Shown: piece by piece, positions 29,639 to 40,209 of the stretch
Numbering within the stretch: the first letter of the stretch is position 1
How the letters are laid out: the number at the start of each line of letters is the position of its first letter
DNA from: a bacterium
GTDB taxonomy: Bacteria > SAR324 > NAC60-12
Direction of reading: 5' to 3'
Assembly (NCBI GenBank): GCA_965205865.1
Contig: CBDBHR010000028.1
Span: forward strand, 544,001 to 608,000
Length of the DNA stretch: 64,000 nucleotides
Program-made: the position numbers and the translations under genes
Notes under the pieces: model-generated
Told to the model about the DNA's origin: nothing
The model's database searches: none
What the model saw: the letters and a program-made list of their open reading frames with translations, nothing else

Positions 29639-31597
29639 ATGCCAAGAATCCGACTTTCTCGAGAAGAGAAAGAGCAAATGGCTGCTCCCCACCTCATGGC
29701 AATTGATAGTAAATTGTTCTGCCAGGGAAATCACCACCAGATTTATCGCAAACTGGGGGCCCACCCCGTCACATTGGAAGGAGTCTCCGGAACGATGTTT
29801 GCCGTTTGGGCTCCCAATGCCAAACAGGTGAGCATCGTTGGTTCCTTCAACCACTGGCACGGTCGCAATCATCCGATGCAAAAGCATGCGGAGGCTGGTA
29901 TTTGGGAATTGTTTATTCCGGAGGCGCAGACAGGAGATTTGTACAAATATCAAATCAAAGCGCCGGATGATCAAATTATCCTCAAATCCGATCCCTTTGG
30001 CTTTGCCATGGAGAAGCGACCTTCCACGGCTTCCATCGTGAGCAACTTGGAAGGATTTGCCTGGCATGATCAGGCTTGGCTTAACAAGCGTGAATCCCAA
30101 GACATTTTAAAGCAACCGATCAATATATACGAAGTTCACCTCGGTTCCTGGAAGCGCGTCCCGGAAGAGGGGAATCGGTTTTTGACTTACACGGAAGCGG
30201 CAGCAGCACTCATCCCCTACGTCAAAGAAATGGGATACACGCACGTCGAATTGTTGCCTGTTGCCGAACATCCCTTGGACGAATCTTGGGGATATCAAGT
30301 GACGGGTTATTATGCCCCAACGTCACGATTCGGAAAACCTCGGGAATTCATGGCTTTTGTCGACCAATGCCACCAGCAAGGGATTGGCGTAATTCTGGAT
30401 TGGGTACCCGGGCACTTCCCCAAAGACGAGCATGGACTGGCACGTTTCGATGGCACTTTTCTTTATGAGCACATGGACGATCGCCGGGGTGAGCATAAGG
30501 AATGGGGAACCTTAACCTTCAACTATGGTCGCCATGAAGTACGAAATTTTCTCATCGCCAATGCCGTTTTTTGGTGTGACATGTACCATATCGATGGTAT
30601 TCGGGTCGACGCTGTGTCGTCAATGCTTTATCTGGATTACAATCGAGAAGCCGGACAATGGCTTCCTAACCGTAATGGAGGTAATGAGCATCTCGAGGCA
30701 ATTGATTTTTTGCGGCAACTCCATAAAGCCCTTTCTCAACGTTTTCCTGGTATACTTTCTATTGCAGAAGAGGACACTGCCTGGCCTGGGGTGAGCCATC
30801 CGACATACGCAGGAGGTCTGGGGTTCAATCTCAAATGGAACATGGGATGGATGAATGACACGTTGCGATATATGGCGTTGGATCCGATTTATCGTAGGTA
30901 TGAGCACCACCTCTTCACTTTTTCATTGGTTTATGCGTTTTCCGAAAATTATGTTCTACCGATTTCACACGACGAAGTTGTACACGGAAAACGTTCCTTG
31001 TTGGACAAAATGCCTGGAGATTCTTGGCAAAAACGGGCTCATTTTCGGCTTTATTTGACTTACCAGATGGCCCACCCCGGGAAGAACCTGCTCTTCATGG
31101 GATCGGAATTCGGACAATGGCAGGAATGGAAAGTATCCGAAAGCCTGGATTGGCACTTGCTGGAAGCTCCGGAGCATCAACATTTGCAGGAATATTGCAA
31201 AACCCTCAACTGGTTTTATCGCACACATCCCGCGCTTTTCAGCAATGACTTCCACAGTACGGGATTCCAGTGGATCGATTTACATAACAACGAGCAGAGT
31301 ATCTTCTCGTTTATGCGTAGAGATGGCGCAGACCCAGCAGAAGCACCTTTGATTTTTGTTTTCAATTTCACCCCAGTGCCCAGAGATCAATACCTGGTGG
31401 GTGCCCCACAAGAGGGACGATACTACAAAATTTTGGACAGCGACAGTGAGCAATTTGGCGGTTCCGGGTACAATCAACAAAAAAAAATATGGGCTGACTC
31501 CACACCGTGGCAGGGGCAATCTTGTCGGATTGCGCTGAAGTTGCCTCCGCTGGGAGCATTGGTACTACAGTGGTTTCAGAAAGGGCAACATCAATAA
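29639..31597 (+). CDS. glgB: 1,4-alpha-glucan branching enzyme (GH13)
   Basis: FAVWAPNA, IYEVHLGSW, DWVPGHFP, GIRVDAVSSM, SHDEVVHGK. Confidence 0.97.
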   Translation: MPRIRLSREEKEQMAAPHLMAIDSKLFCQGNHHQIYRKLGAHPVTLEGVSGTMFAVWAPNAKQVSIVGSFNHWHGRNHPMQKHAEAGIWELFIPEAQTGDLYKYQIKAPDDQIILKSDPFGFAMEKRPSTASIVSNLEGFAWHDQAWLNKRESQDILKQPINIYEVHLGSWKRVPEEGNRFLTYTEAAAALIPYVKEMGYTHVELLPVAEHPLDESWGYQVTGYYAPTSRFGKPREFMAFVDQCHQQGIGVILDWVPGHFPKDEHGLARFDGTFLYEHMDDRRGEHKEWGTLTFNYGRHEVRNFLIANAVFWCDMYHIDGIRVDAVSSMLYLDYNREAGQWLPNRNGGNEHLEAIDFLRQLHKALSQRFPGILSIAEEDTAWPGVSHPTYAGGLGFNLKWNMGWMNDTLRYMALDPIYRRYEHHLFTFSLVYAFSENYVLPISHDEVVHGKRSLLDKMPGDSWQKRAHFRLYLTYQMAHPGKNLLFMGSEFGQWQEWKVSESLDWHLLEAPEHQHLQEYCKTLNWFYRTHPALFSNDFHSTGFQWIDLHNNEQSIFSFMRRDGADPAEAPLIFVFNFTPVPRDQYLVGAPQEGRYYKILDSDSEQFGGSGYNQQKKIWADSTPWQGQSCRIALKLPPLGALVLQWFQKGQHQ

Positions 31598-31622
31598 GAA
31601 TGGCGTCCTCAACGATTTCAGA

Positions 31623-32378
31623 ATGATTGTAAGAATGAGAATCAAATTATTTTTTTCGCTTGTTATACCAATAATATTCTTCATATTTTTGGCAACGCTG
31701 TTTGCTCAGACGCAATCCATTGAAATTCCGTATTATATCGGCAACGCCTTTGATCAACGATCCAAACAACTGCTTTATGTCGAGGAGTTCCAGGAAATTC
31801 CCGATGATCAACAAAATCGTTCTGCTCAGGTCATTTATCAAACCCCGGATGGGAAAATAATTGCGCAAAAAGACCTTCTATTTCACGAAAATCTTTTGAT
31901 TCCCGAATACCGCTTGGAAGATTTTCGCGATGGTTATCTGGAAGGAGCCTCCATTTCCGATGATTCTGTCACAGTATACTGGCGTGAAAACCGCGAAGCG
32001 CGTTTGATTAAAAAATCTCTCGTGGTTCCCGAACCGGCTGTTGCAGACATGGGGATTCACTATTACGTGCAAAAAAATTGGGAACTCTTAGATCAGGGAG
32101 AAACGCTATTCTTCAATGCGATCGTTCCGGCAAAACTGGATTATTTCTCGTTTCAAATAAAAAAAATCAAAGAGGAGAAAAGGGAGCACCAAGATGTCGT
32201 CGTATTTGAAATAGAATTGGAAAACGCGTTTTTACGTCTGTTTGTCACTCCCATTCTTCTCACTTATCATGCCCATACTCGGCAACTATTGATCTTAGAA
32301 GGACTTTCCAATATCAATGACAAATACGGCAAGAGCCTGAGGGTTATCATGATGATCGATTACGTGAAGGACGAATGA
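31623..32378 (+). CDS. exported hypothetical protein (251 aa)
   Basis: Long ORF with an N-terminal hydrophobic/signal segment; no motif recognised. Confidence 0.7.
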   Translation: MIVRMRIKLFFSLVIPIIFFIFLATLFAQTQSIEIPYYIGNAFDQRSKQLLYVEEFQEIPDDQQNRSAQVIYQTPDGKIIAQKDLLFHENLLIPEYRLEDFRDGYLEGASISDDSVTVYWRENREARLIKKSLVVPEPAVADMGIHYYVQKNWELLDQGETLFFNAIVPAKLDYFSFQIKKIKEEKREHQDVVVFEIELENAFLRLFVTPILLTYHAHTRQLLILEGLSNINDKYGKSLRVIMMIDYVKDE

Positions 32379-32991
32379 ATCGTTAGCAACTTCAACTCAA
32401 AAAAACTTCTCGTTTTTGCAAAGCAAGTCTGAAATTTCTTTACAGGTCCTCAAATCCACGTCTGTATTCCCATCAGAATGGTTACCCATTGGTATGCTTT
32501 TTTTGATACCCTGTTATCCACGTCGGTATGACTGTCCTTATTAAACTCACCTTTTCTTTCGATCCTCCTCTTCTTTTTTTAGTTTGTCCTTCCTACGCAT
32601 TTCATAAAGAAAGAGACGATAGACTGTAAAAATGAAAAGAAAGAGCAAAACCGGGAAAATCATATCCCTTTCCTGCCGGACCCAAGTGAAAAGCTCCTCC
32701 ATATATCTCCTTATTTGCGAGTTGGATGCGAATTTCTTTGGTGAACTCTTCGTAAATTTTCCTGGAGTTTTTTATATAATGGAAATTTACCAGTTCGATT
32801 ATTAATTCATAACTTTCAATCACTCAAAAAATATGACTATACCGGACAACAAAAACAGTTTGACTTTCCTTAAGCAAATCATCTATGATCCGGGTTGAAT
32901 TTAGAATGCCTGTTCAAGGGTTTAATTCTAAATTCTTTTTGTAACGCACTGATTGTGTTTTTTTTAATCCTTAAATATATAAGGAGTATCC

Positions 32992-33110
32992 ATGTATCTA
33001 AAAAAATCAAGTAGTTTGCTCCTGGCTGGTTTGATGGGAACCGGCCTTGCTCTGGCTCATCCGGAGGGAGATATCAACAAAGATCCCGTCTTTGGAGGTG
33101 CCATCATCAT
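32992..33110 (+). pseudogene. orphan 5' end (signal peptide) of a family-5 solute-binding protein
   Basis: AAGGAG RBS; MYLKKSSSLLLAGLMGTGLALA-HPEGDINKDPVFGGAII resembles the P.YGG N-terminal motif of the paralogue at 62 kb. Confidence 0.5.
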
Positions 33111-33295
33111 GTCCGGCAAATCCAATAGCCAAATCAGTTATGATTGCCAAAATCTCAACAGGTGAGATCGAAGATGATTACTATCAACAACCCCAGAAAG
33201 TTGAAGGTGGCAAAGCAGAAGGAAAAGTGCGTGCCGAAAAATTGAGTGCCAAAGAACATTCTGAAATTGCACGTAAAGCAGGAAAACTAAATTAA
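33105..33295 (+). pseudogene. degenerate small basic protein of the type carried by IS1/IS1595-like elements
   Basis: IAKISTGEIED...GGKA.GKVRAEKLS..EHSEIARKA pattern. Confidence 0.55.
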
Positions 33296-33310
33296 AATAA
33301 AGGGGAAAAT

Positions 33311-33721
33311 ATGAAAAAACTGGTAATAATATTCTTGATATTCGGAGTCTTTTCCATGAATCTAAAAGCAATGGAACATAACCAATTCCACGGTAAGGTA
33401 ATTGTATTATTCAAAGAACTGATGCAAATGGTAGAAGATGGCGTTTTTGTGAACAATCTCAGTTTTGGGGTTGGACAACCAAAGACATGGCTAAATAGAG
33501 TAAAAGAACTCAATAAGCAGAGCACAAATCTTAGTTTTGCAGATAAAATGATAAGTCTCCCTTATGGTTTGGAAAGTCCATCCCTGATATTACCTTCTGA
33601 ATTAGAAACATTTGTTAATCTGATTGTATCCAGAGATATAGAAAAATTTGATGAATTGGCTGCGAAATTCTGGTTGTTTGTCATCTTGTCAGAAAATCCC
33701 GAATTAAAAAAAAGTCTTTGA
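33311..33721 (+). CDS. hypothetical exported protein, AT-rich (136 aa)
   Basis: MKKLVIIFLIFGVFSMNLKA signal-like N-terminus; AGGGG RBS. Confidence 0.6.
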   Translation: MKKLVIIFLIFGVFSMNLKAMEHNQFHGKVIVLFKELMQMVEDGVFVNNLSFGVGQPKTWLNRVKELNKQSTNLSFADKMISLPYGLESPSLILPSELETFVNLIVSRDIEKFDELAAKFWLFVILSENPELKKSL

Positions 33722-35301
33722 TTTTTAACGGGCCGCGGGGTACCGGCGAGGAGAGCTACCCCAACTTCTGGTTCATCAATATCAGAAAACAGATGGGCCA
33801 GCTCTTCGAGTCCTGGGAAATCCATGGAATCAACGGCGTGACCTTTCGCATGCGCCAAGGGGTTCACTACTGGCGCGAGCAGGATGTCTTTCAGCCCAAC
33901 CCGAATCTGAAAGAGGTGTACGGCACGGAGATGACCGCGCAGGATATCGTCGACCGTTGGAATTTGGAAGCCGCGAAGCCCGGCACGGCTGCCTCCGACC
34001 GAGACTGGAAATGGACGGTGCGGGCAGACGATCCCTGGTTGATTGATATCGAGTATCCGGAACCCGATGCGGCCGAGTGGTTTTTCGTGACCCTGGACCG
34101 TGTCAGTTTTTCCCCCCCGGAACTGCATCAGACCGAGGGCGTCGATCCGGCCAAATGGCAGGATGGCCTGGGCACAGGTCCCTGGATCCCCATCGATCAC
34201 GTCAACGGAGTGAGTACCACCTTGAAGAAGAATCCGACCTACTGGGATACGGATCCCTTCAACGGGAGAAAGGTGCCCTATATGGACAAACTGACGCTGG
34301 TTCCCACCGCCGACAACAATGCTACGGCTATTGCCTGACTGCGTACCGGCCAGATAGACATCTATGGTTTCTTTGGCCTCCAACCGGAAGACACCCAAGC
34401 CCTTGCCAAGTCCAATCCCGAACTCGGACACCGACCGCAAGGCGACTTGTTGCGCGGCTATAATCCGAATCTTGCCATCGAAGGGACTCCATGGGGGGAC
34501 CGCCGGGTCCGTCATGCGGCAATGATGGCCGTCAATCGCCAGGAAATGATCGATAGTGTCTATTTAGGCCTCGGTTATGCGGAAGGTTACCCTGCCCAAC
34601 GGGGACACGGCGATAAATGGATCAGCGCGGAAAAACTCAGGGCAATGGGACGCCCGGATCTAGCCAAGCTGTATGAGTACCACCCCGAGGAGTCGAAGCG
34701 GTTGCTCGCTGAAGCCGGCTACCCCGATGGTTTTGACACGACCATCATGGCACATCCGCAAATCCAGGAAGATGCGGAACTCTTTGCCAGCTATCTCAAC
34801 GCTGTCGGTATTCGTGCTACCCTTGACGTGATGGAAGCCACTGAAATGTATAATACCTCGCAGGGTCCTGAACCCGGTCCCAGGTTCACCGGATTGACCT
34901 TCATCGATGCGGGCGCGCCGCAGATTGGCTTTGAGGGGACCATGAATTTCCACCATGACCCGAATGCGACCCTGGTCTGGTTCGGCAACCCCATGGCACC
35001 AACGGCCAGTGCCGAAACCAGGGAAGAGGCGCAGAAAATTTCGGAAATGTGGGAAAGGCTCAAGGTCACTGAAAATCCGGATGAGTACGAGAAGCTATAT
35101 ACGGAGCTCTACCTTTACGTGATTGAATCCTCCTGGCATATCGTCTCGGTTACTGTTGAGCAACATATCTGGTGGCAGCCCTGGGTCAAAGGTTACGATG
35201 GGGCCAATGGAGACCTGATCTGGCAGTATAACCTCGCTAAGTACTTTTGGCTCGACTGTGAGCTGAAAGAGAGCAGCAGTAACAGGGCCTGTGGTGAGTA
35301 A
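33718..35301 (+). pseudogene. peptide/nickel ABC solute-binding protein (family 5), N-truncated, in-frame TGA at 34336-34338
   Basis: ESWE..TFRMRQGVH, GTGPW, KNPTYW, AIA*LRTGQID, DRRVRHA, LLAEAGYPDGF in one frame. Confidence 0.88.
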
Positions 35302-35450
35302 AGCAATAATTTAGTTCTATGTTCTTTGAAATGCGTAGAATCAGGGCGGGGTTGCGGCCCCGCCGCTTATCATCCTCGCGCAAGCGGGGCTCCATATTTA
35401 TAATATCTCCTCCACAATCCCCACCAAAGTAGTTGCCGGAAGAATAAGAA

Positions 35451-36413
35451 ATGCAAGCGTATATCATCAGAAGGCTGTTACTGACCATTCCAACCCTCTT
35501 GATTGTGACCCTCATCGTCTTCTTTGTGCTGCGCCTCATTCCCGGTGACGCGGTCGACATCATCGTCAGTCAGAATTTGGGGGGAACCCGGAGTGGTAAA
35601 GAGGATATCAAGACGGCATTGAGGCGGCAACTGGGACTGGATTTGCCCGTTCACCAGCAGTATCTGAAGTGGATGACAGGGTTAATGCGGGGGGACTTCG
35701 GCGCTTTCCTCTGGTCCAGGCAACCCGTTACCGATTTAATCGCGATCGGTTTGCCGGTATCGCTTGAAGTGGGTGGTTTTGCCCTGATTATTTCTCTGCT
35801 GATCGCCTTACCTGTGGCTATCTATTCGGGTATGCGGCCGGACAGCAAGACGGATCTGGGTTTTCGCAGTCTCTCCATTTTCTTTATCTGCGTACCCGAT
35901 TTCTGGGTGGGAACGGTGGTCTTGATTTTTCCTCCCCTCTTGTGGGGTTGGGGGACCCGTTTGACGTGGGTTGATTTCGTTGATAAACCGGTGGAACACA
36001 TCATCATGGTCATCGTTCCGGCCTTTATCTTGGGTATGCTTTTGTCAGGAATCACCATGCGATTTGCCCGCAACATGATGCTGGAGGTGCTCAGTCAGGA
36101 CTATATCAGGACCGCCTGGTCGAAGGGCCTGCGGGAGAGATGGGTCATCATCCGGCATGTGTTGAAGAATGCGTTCATTCCGGTGATTACCATGATCGGG
36201 CTCCTTCTCCCTGTCATGCTGGGGTCAGCAGTGGTGGTCGAGACTATTTTCAGCTTGCCGGGTCTGGGAAATATGTTGGTGCGATCCATCGAACACCGAG
36301 ATTACCCGGTCATCTCCGGAGTCAACATGGTCGTGGCCACCTTTGTGCTGTTTTTAAATATCGTCATCGATATCAGCTACGCCTGGTTTGATCCCCGCAT
36401 CAGGTACACCTGA
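35451..36413 (+). CDS. peptide ABC transporter permease (DppB/OppB-like)
   Basis: YIIRRLL, QDYIRTAWSKGL, RDYPV, DPRIRY. Confidence 0.93.
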   Translation: MQAYIIRRLLLTIPTLLIVTLIVFFVLRLIPGDAVDIIVSQNLGGTRSGKEDIKTALRRQLGLDLPVHQQYLKWMTGLMRGDFGAFLWSRQPVTDLIAIGLPVSLEVGGFALIISLLIALPVAIYSGMRPDSKTDLGFRSLSIFFICVPDFWVGTVVLIFPPLLWGWGTRLTWVDFVDKPVEHIIMVIVPAFILGMLLSGITMRFARNMMLEVLSQDYIRTAWSKGLRERWVIIRHVLKNAFIPVITMIGLLLPVMLGSAVVVETIFSLPGLGNMLVRSIEHRDYPVISGVNMVVATFVLFLNIVIDISYAWFDPRIRYT

Positions 36414-36433
36414 AACCGGAGCAAAGGAGAGCG

Positions 36434-37399
36434 ATGGCTGTTGCAGTGAAGACGCTGGCACCTGAAACGCAATCTGCTAAGAAAATGGCATGGTTTATTT
36501 TCTTCCGCAGGTTGTTCAGAGAGAAGCCGCTAGGGGCTTTTGGCCTGGTCATTGTCCTGCTCTTCTTCTTCATCGGCATCTTCGCTGATTTTCTCACACC
36601 GCATGATTACCTGCAGCATAAACTGCCCAAACGGTTGAAGGGGCCTTCTGCCGAATATTTCTTGGGGAACGACCACTTCGGGCGCGATGTGCTCAGCCGT
36701 CTGATTGTGGGGGCGCGTATTTCCATGGTCGTCGGGGTGGGAGCAAGTTTCCTCACGGTGCTGGTGGCGACGGTTTTCGGGCTCATCTCCGGGTATTGGG
36801 GGGGTAAGTTTGACCTCATCCTGCAGCGCTTTGTCGATGCGGTGATGTGCTTCCCGTGGTTGTTCATCGTCCTGACCGTCATGGGCATCGTCGGGCCGGG
36901 GATTGCGCAGGTCACCATCGTTTTGGGAGTTCCCTGGGGCATCAACAACATCCGCACAATCCGCAGCGTGGTCTTGAGCGTCAAGCAGAACGCCTATGTC
37001 GAAGCGGCCATCGCCACCGGATGCAGCACCCCGAGAATCCTGATCCAACACATCCTGCCCCAGATCGTGGCCCCTGTGATCATTCTCTTTACCATTACCA
37101 TGGGAGGCGCCATCCTCGGAGAAGGCGTTGTCAGCTTTTTGGGATTTGGTATCCCTCCCCCCGAACCCAGTTGGGGCGGCATGCTCAGCTTGGAAGGTCA
37201 AAAGTATTTGGAACGGGCCCCGATGCTCGCGCTATGGCCGGGACTCTGCCTGGCCATCGTCGTCTTTGGGATCAATATGTTTGGCGATGCCATGCGGGAC
37301 CTGCTCGATCCCAAGCTGAAACTCGGCATGGGCCGCTTTCACTCTATCAAGAAGAAAAATCCGGATAGCTCCATTCGTGGGCCACGACCGCGCAGGTAG
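36434..37399 (+). CDS. peptide ABC transporter permease (DppC/OppC-like)
   Basis: LGNDHFGRDVLSRL, YVEAA, SFLGFG..P.PSWG, GDAMRDLLDP. Confidence 0.93.
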   Translation: MAVAVKTLAPETQSAKKMAWFIFFRRLFREKPLGAFGLVIVLLFFFIGIFADFLTPHDYLQHKLPKRLKGPSAEYFLGNDHFGRDVLSRLIVGARISMVVGVGASFLTVLVATVFGLISGYWGGKFDLILQRFVDAVMCFPWLFIVLTVMGIVGPGIAQVTIVLGVPWGINNIRTIRSVVLSVKQNAYVEAAIATGCSTPRILIQHILPQIVAPVIILFTITMGGAILGEGVVSFLGFGIPPPEPSWGGMLSLEGQKYLERAPMLALWPGLCLAIVVFGINMFGDAMRDLLDPKLKLGMGRFHSIKKKNPDSSIRGPRPRR

Positions 37400-37550
37400 A
37401 CTAGTTCCAGTCCGGAATGAGAACGGACAAACGCTTCAACTCGGCGACGACCACCTGCGCTTGGGAGATAGGGGTGTCGCCGACCTGAAGTATCTGCACT
37501 CGACCTCGGGAGACCGGGTACTTCTCAGCCCAAGCACCGCCGGGCAGGGC
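37362..37550 (-). pseudogene. internal fragment resembling large RecQ/UvrD-fusion helicases
   Basis: ALPGGAWAEKYPVSRGRVQIL...AELKRL...DWN*STCAVVAHEW; family recalled from memory. Confidence 0.45.
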
Positions 37551-37586
37551 AAATTTTTGAGGATCATTTGAGTAAACTACTGAGAG

Positions 37587-37707
37587 TGAAAGCCAGGGCG
37601 ATACTCACGGAAGCGCTGGAATTGGAGTCCTCAGTATGAGCATTGATCAATTTTATTTGAATCTCAAAACGGCGCATTTAAGCACCGGGTTTATCGCTTT
37701 GTTGGGC
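37587..37707 (-). other. degenerate attC-like site (~121 bp)
   Basis: On -: GCCCAAC-AAA-GCGATAAACCCGG...CCGTGAGTATCGC, with R' eroded (GCTTTCA); R'' is the exact complement of the cassette's leading GTTGGGC. Confidence 0.65.
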
Positions 37708-38001
37708 TTGCCGTTGTCTCAGCCATTTCTGTAGTGAAGATTGATTTTCATTTGATGCTCTCCCTGCCAACAATCCTGCAATACTAATATCTTCATCGAT
37801 ATCTTCCCAATGAATACCTTCCCCTTTTCCAATCATCCTCCAATGTTGACGTTCTTCCTCAGTAGAGTGAAAAAGACGGGGGAACCAGGCTAAGGGGACA
37901 CTGATACTTCTCCCATCACTTAAATCAACATTGAGTTCATCCGATGTTACCTTCACCTCTTCAGCATAAGGGATTTCCATTTTAATGATCAAAGTACTCA
38001 T
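37678..38001 (-). CDS. DUF2442-family protein (TA partner)
   Basis: LSDGRSISVPLAWFPRL..S..EE...W...G.GIHWEDIDEDISIAGLL. Confidence 0.9.
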   Translation of the reverse strand: MSTLIIKMEIPYAEEVKVTSDELNVDLSDGRSISVPLAWFPRLFHSTEEERQHWRMIGKGEGIHWEDIDEDISIAGLLAGRASNENQSSLQKWLRQRQAQQSDKPGA

Positions 38002-38218
38002 GCCATCTCTCCAATATTTCTATTTGATGCTCTCTAACGATTTTCTGGATACGGAATATTTCTCTCCGATTAAAACCGCCACTGTTTTGTAATCTTACTG
38101 GTTCAAGCCAAAATTTAGCAGTTTTATCATCTCGTTCAACATGTATATGAAGAGGTTCGACCTCGTCTCCGGAATAAAAGAAAAATCGATAAGGACCAAT
38201 TCTTAAAACTGTAGGCAT
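37982..38218 (-). CDS. DUF4160-family protein (TA partner)
   Basis: MPTVLRIGPYRFFFYS...EPLHIHVE...AKFWL...W.EYF. Confidence 0.9.
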   Translation of the reverse strand: MPTVLRIGPYRFFFYSGDEVEPLHIHVERDDKTAKFWLEPVRLQNSGGFNRREIFRIQKIVREHQIEILERWHEYFDH

Positions 38219-38253
38219 ATGATTTTTTTCGGATATTTTGTTGCTTTTCGCAG

Positions 38254-38377
38254 GCCCAACGTTAAGGTCACTTTTGCCCACCCGATAGTGACCAGTGTCC
38301 TAAAGATGAACTGACAGTCTAGAACAAAATTTGGTGAAAAGCGCAAGGGGGGCGTCCAGTGAACCGCCTAGTTGGCA
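38254..38377 (-). other. attC-like site (124 bp)
   Basis: On -: TGCCAAC-TAGGC-GGTTCACTGG...AAGTGACC-TTAAC-GTTGGGC. Confidence 0.8.
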
Positions 38378-38505
38378 CTTTTTTCTTGAGTGGTTATCAG
38401 TCGAATCCCAATAAACGATAACACATTGACCGCAAAGCAAACAATATAAAATGATTGGCAATGGGGAGAGAAAGGGAGAGGAGCAATTGGAAGAAAAAAT
38501 ACCTC
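38254..38505 (-). repeat. ~252-bp leader + attC platform, copy 2
   Basis: Homologous to 738-990. Confidence 0.9.
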
Positions 38506-38729
38506 AATGGAAAAACACGCTGGAGACGTTGGATTCAGGGGAATCTGAGAAAAGACATTTGATCGAGTTGCTCGCAATGACTAATCCTGCTTCTCAAATT
38601 AAACGGGACCACTGCCCTAAAAACCCCCCCCCAAAAAAAAAAACAAAAAAATAATCCAAAGTGCATTTTTAGCTTGATTTCATGATAATTCATACTTTGT
38701 GCCATAGGATTGCTGGAGAAAGAGATATA

Positions 38730-38871
38730 CTGTGAACGGATGTTTTCTTCATTTTTTGTCATCCTGAGGGAACCGAAAGATCTTCTTGATTCCCATGAGA
38801 TTCTTGCTTAGGCAGCCCCCTTAGCTCAGAATGACAGGTCTTTGAAAAGTGAAATTTAAACCCGTTCAGAG
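38730..38871. mobile_element. 142-bp TA-flanked MITE with REP-like core
   Basis: TA-CTGTGAACGGAT...ACCCGTTCAGAG-TA; GTCATCCTGAG...CTCAGAATGAC at 38758-38835. Confidence 0.7.
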
Positions 38872-38995
38872 TATAATGTGAAGAATCTCGATGATCTCTC
38901 CCAGCAGTCGAGAAAACACATAAAGGTATACAACCTGCTGAAGCAATTACATCGTGATGAGCGAGAAATCATCACGCCACGCATGTACAAGGCGT

Positions 38996-39940
38996 TTAAT
39001 CGAAGGCGGCAACGATTTCCTGCTCGATGCGCTGAATTTCCTCGACTCCGCCGGTGGGGATATTCCCGAACATGATCTCGTCAACTCCCTCGTCGATCAG
39101 CTTTCCGATCCGATCCACCACCTGCTGGCGCGTACCGACCATCGTCCCTTCGCCGAGGCCCTTGGTAAGACGTTCACCTGCTTCTCTTGCCGCCTGATCA
39201 TCGCCGACCACTATCGGTATGAGGATTGTACGCCTGATCTCGGCCGGGTCACGCCCGACGTCCTCACAGTGACGTTTCAGCACCTCCACCTTGTGCCGAT
39301 AGATCTCAAGCGAAACCCCTTGTCCTGCCCAACCGTCCAAATTGAGCACGTCACCATACTTGGCAAGTGTGCGCAGCGTGCGTCGCTCGCCGGTGCCGCC
39401 TACCAGAATCGGAATGTGTGGCTGCTGATGACTGCCAGGGGAAAGCTGCAACTGATCCGCTCTGTAGTAGCGACCACGGAAATCGATCGGACCTTCCGTG
39501 GTGAACAGCGTGCGGATCAGCTTACATGCCTCCTCGAATCGATCCGAGCGTTCACGCATGGTGGGAAACGTCCAGCCGAAGGCATAATGCTCTCGCTCGC
39601 ACCATCCGGCGCCCAGCGACAGCGTGAACCGGCCTTTGGATGCCTGATCGAGCGAGGTGGCCATCTTCGCCAGCAGTGCCGGATTGCGGTAGGTGTTGCC
39701 CAACACCAAATGCCCCAGCCTCAGCTTGCTGGTCATTCCGGCCGCCACCGCAATGAGGGTGTAGCCTTCGAATGCGGGCAGGTGCTCGGTCTTCCGACTT
39801 CCCTTCGGCCCGCCCCATGGTGGTAAAAAGTGGTCTGCGAACCAGAGGCTGTGCCAAGGACCCGCCTCCATAGTTTCAACCGATCGCGCGATATCGTCCC
39901 ACTTGGTGTTGTAACAGTTAACTTGAATCCCGAATTTCAT
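38996..39940 (-). CDS. LLM-class (putative F420-dependent) oxidoreductase
   Basis: MKFGIQ, W.ADHF, YRNPALLAKMATSLD..SKGR, GAGW.ERE. Confidence 0.9.
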   Translation of the reverse strand: MKFGIQVNCYNTKWDDIARSVETMEAGPWHSLWFADHFLPPWGGPKGSRKTEHLPAFEGYTLIAVAAGMTSKLRLGHLVLGNTYRNPALLAKMATSLDQASKGRFTLSLGAGWCEREHYAFGWTFPTMRERSDRFEEACKLIRTLFTTEGPIDFRGRYYRADQLQLSPGSHQQPHIPILVGGTGERRTLRTLAKYGDVLNLDGWAGQGVSLEIYRHKVEVLKRHCEDVGRDPAEIRRTILIPIVVGDDQAAREAGERLTKGLGEGTMVGTRQQVVDRIGKLIDEGVDEIMFGNIPTGGVEEIQRIEQEIVAAFD

Positions 39941-40209
39941 GGTATAAATCTCCTTCCCATTGCTCCAGTAAGAGTTGGTACAAACAAATATGTGCCGCAC
40001 GTAATCTGTTTTTCAACCTTGTTGATCACCTCGACTGCATATGATTAAAAATAATTCACCAAACTATAGCATCCCTAAATCAGGCGTGTCAAGTATTAAA
40101 ATTAGATCGTTAAAAAAGCAAAAAATCCGCTTTCTAAAAATTCTGATGTCTCAAAATTCAATTCCCTTCTTGACACTTTAAAGGGGACTGGTACTCTGGC
40201 GTCGTAAGA

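Noticed and set aside
34336-34338. In-frame TGA as selenocysteine or recoding
   Set aside because: The position corresponds to Ala in the AALR(S/T)G motif of the paralogue, the gene is already N-truncated, and intact genes here use TGA as stop
38451-38654. Divergent short ORF as an integron integrase
   Set aside because: Only 67 aa, no tyrosine-recombinase motifs, and the equivalent frame in copy 1 stops immediately
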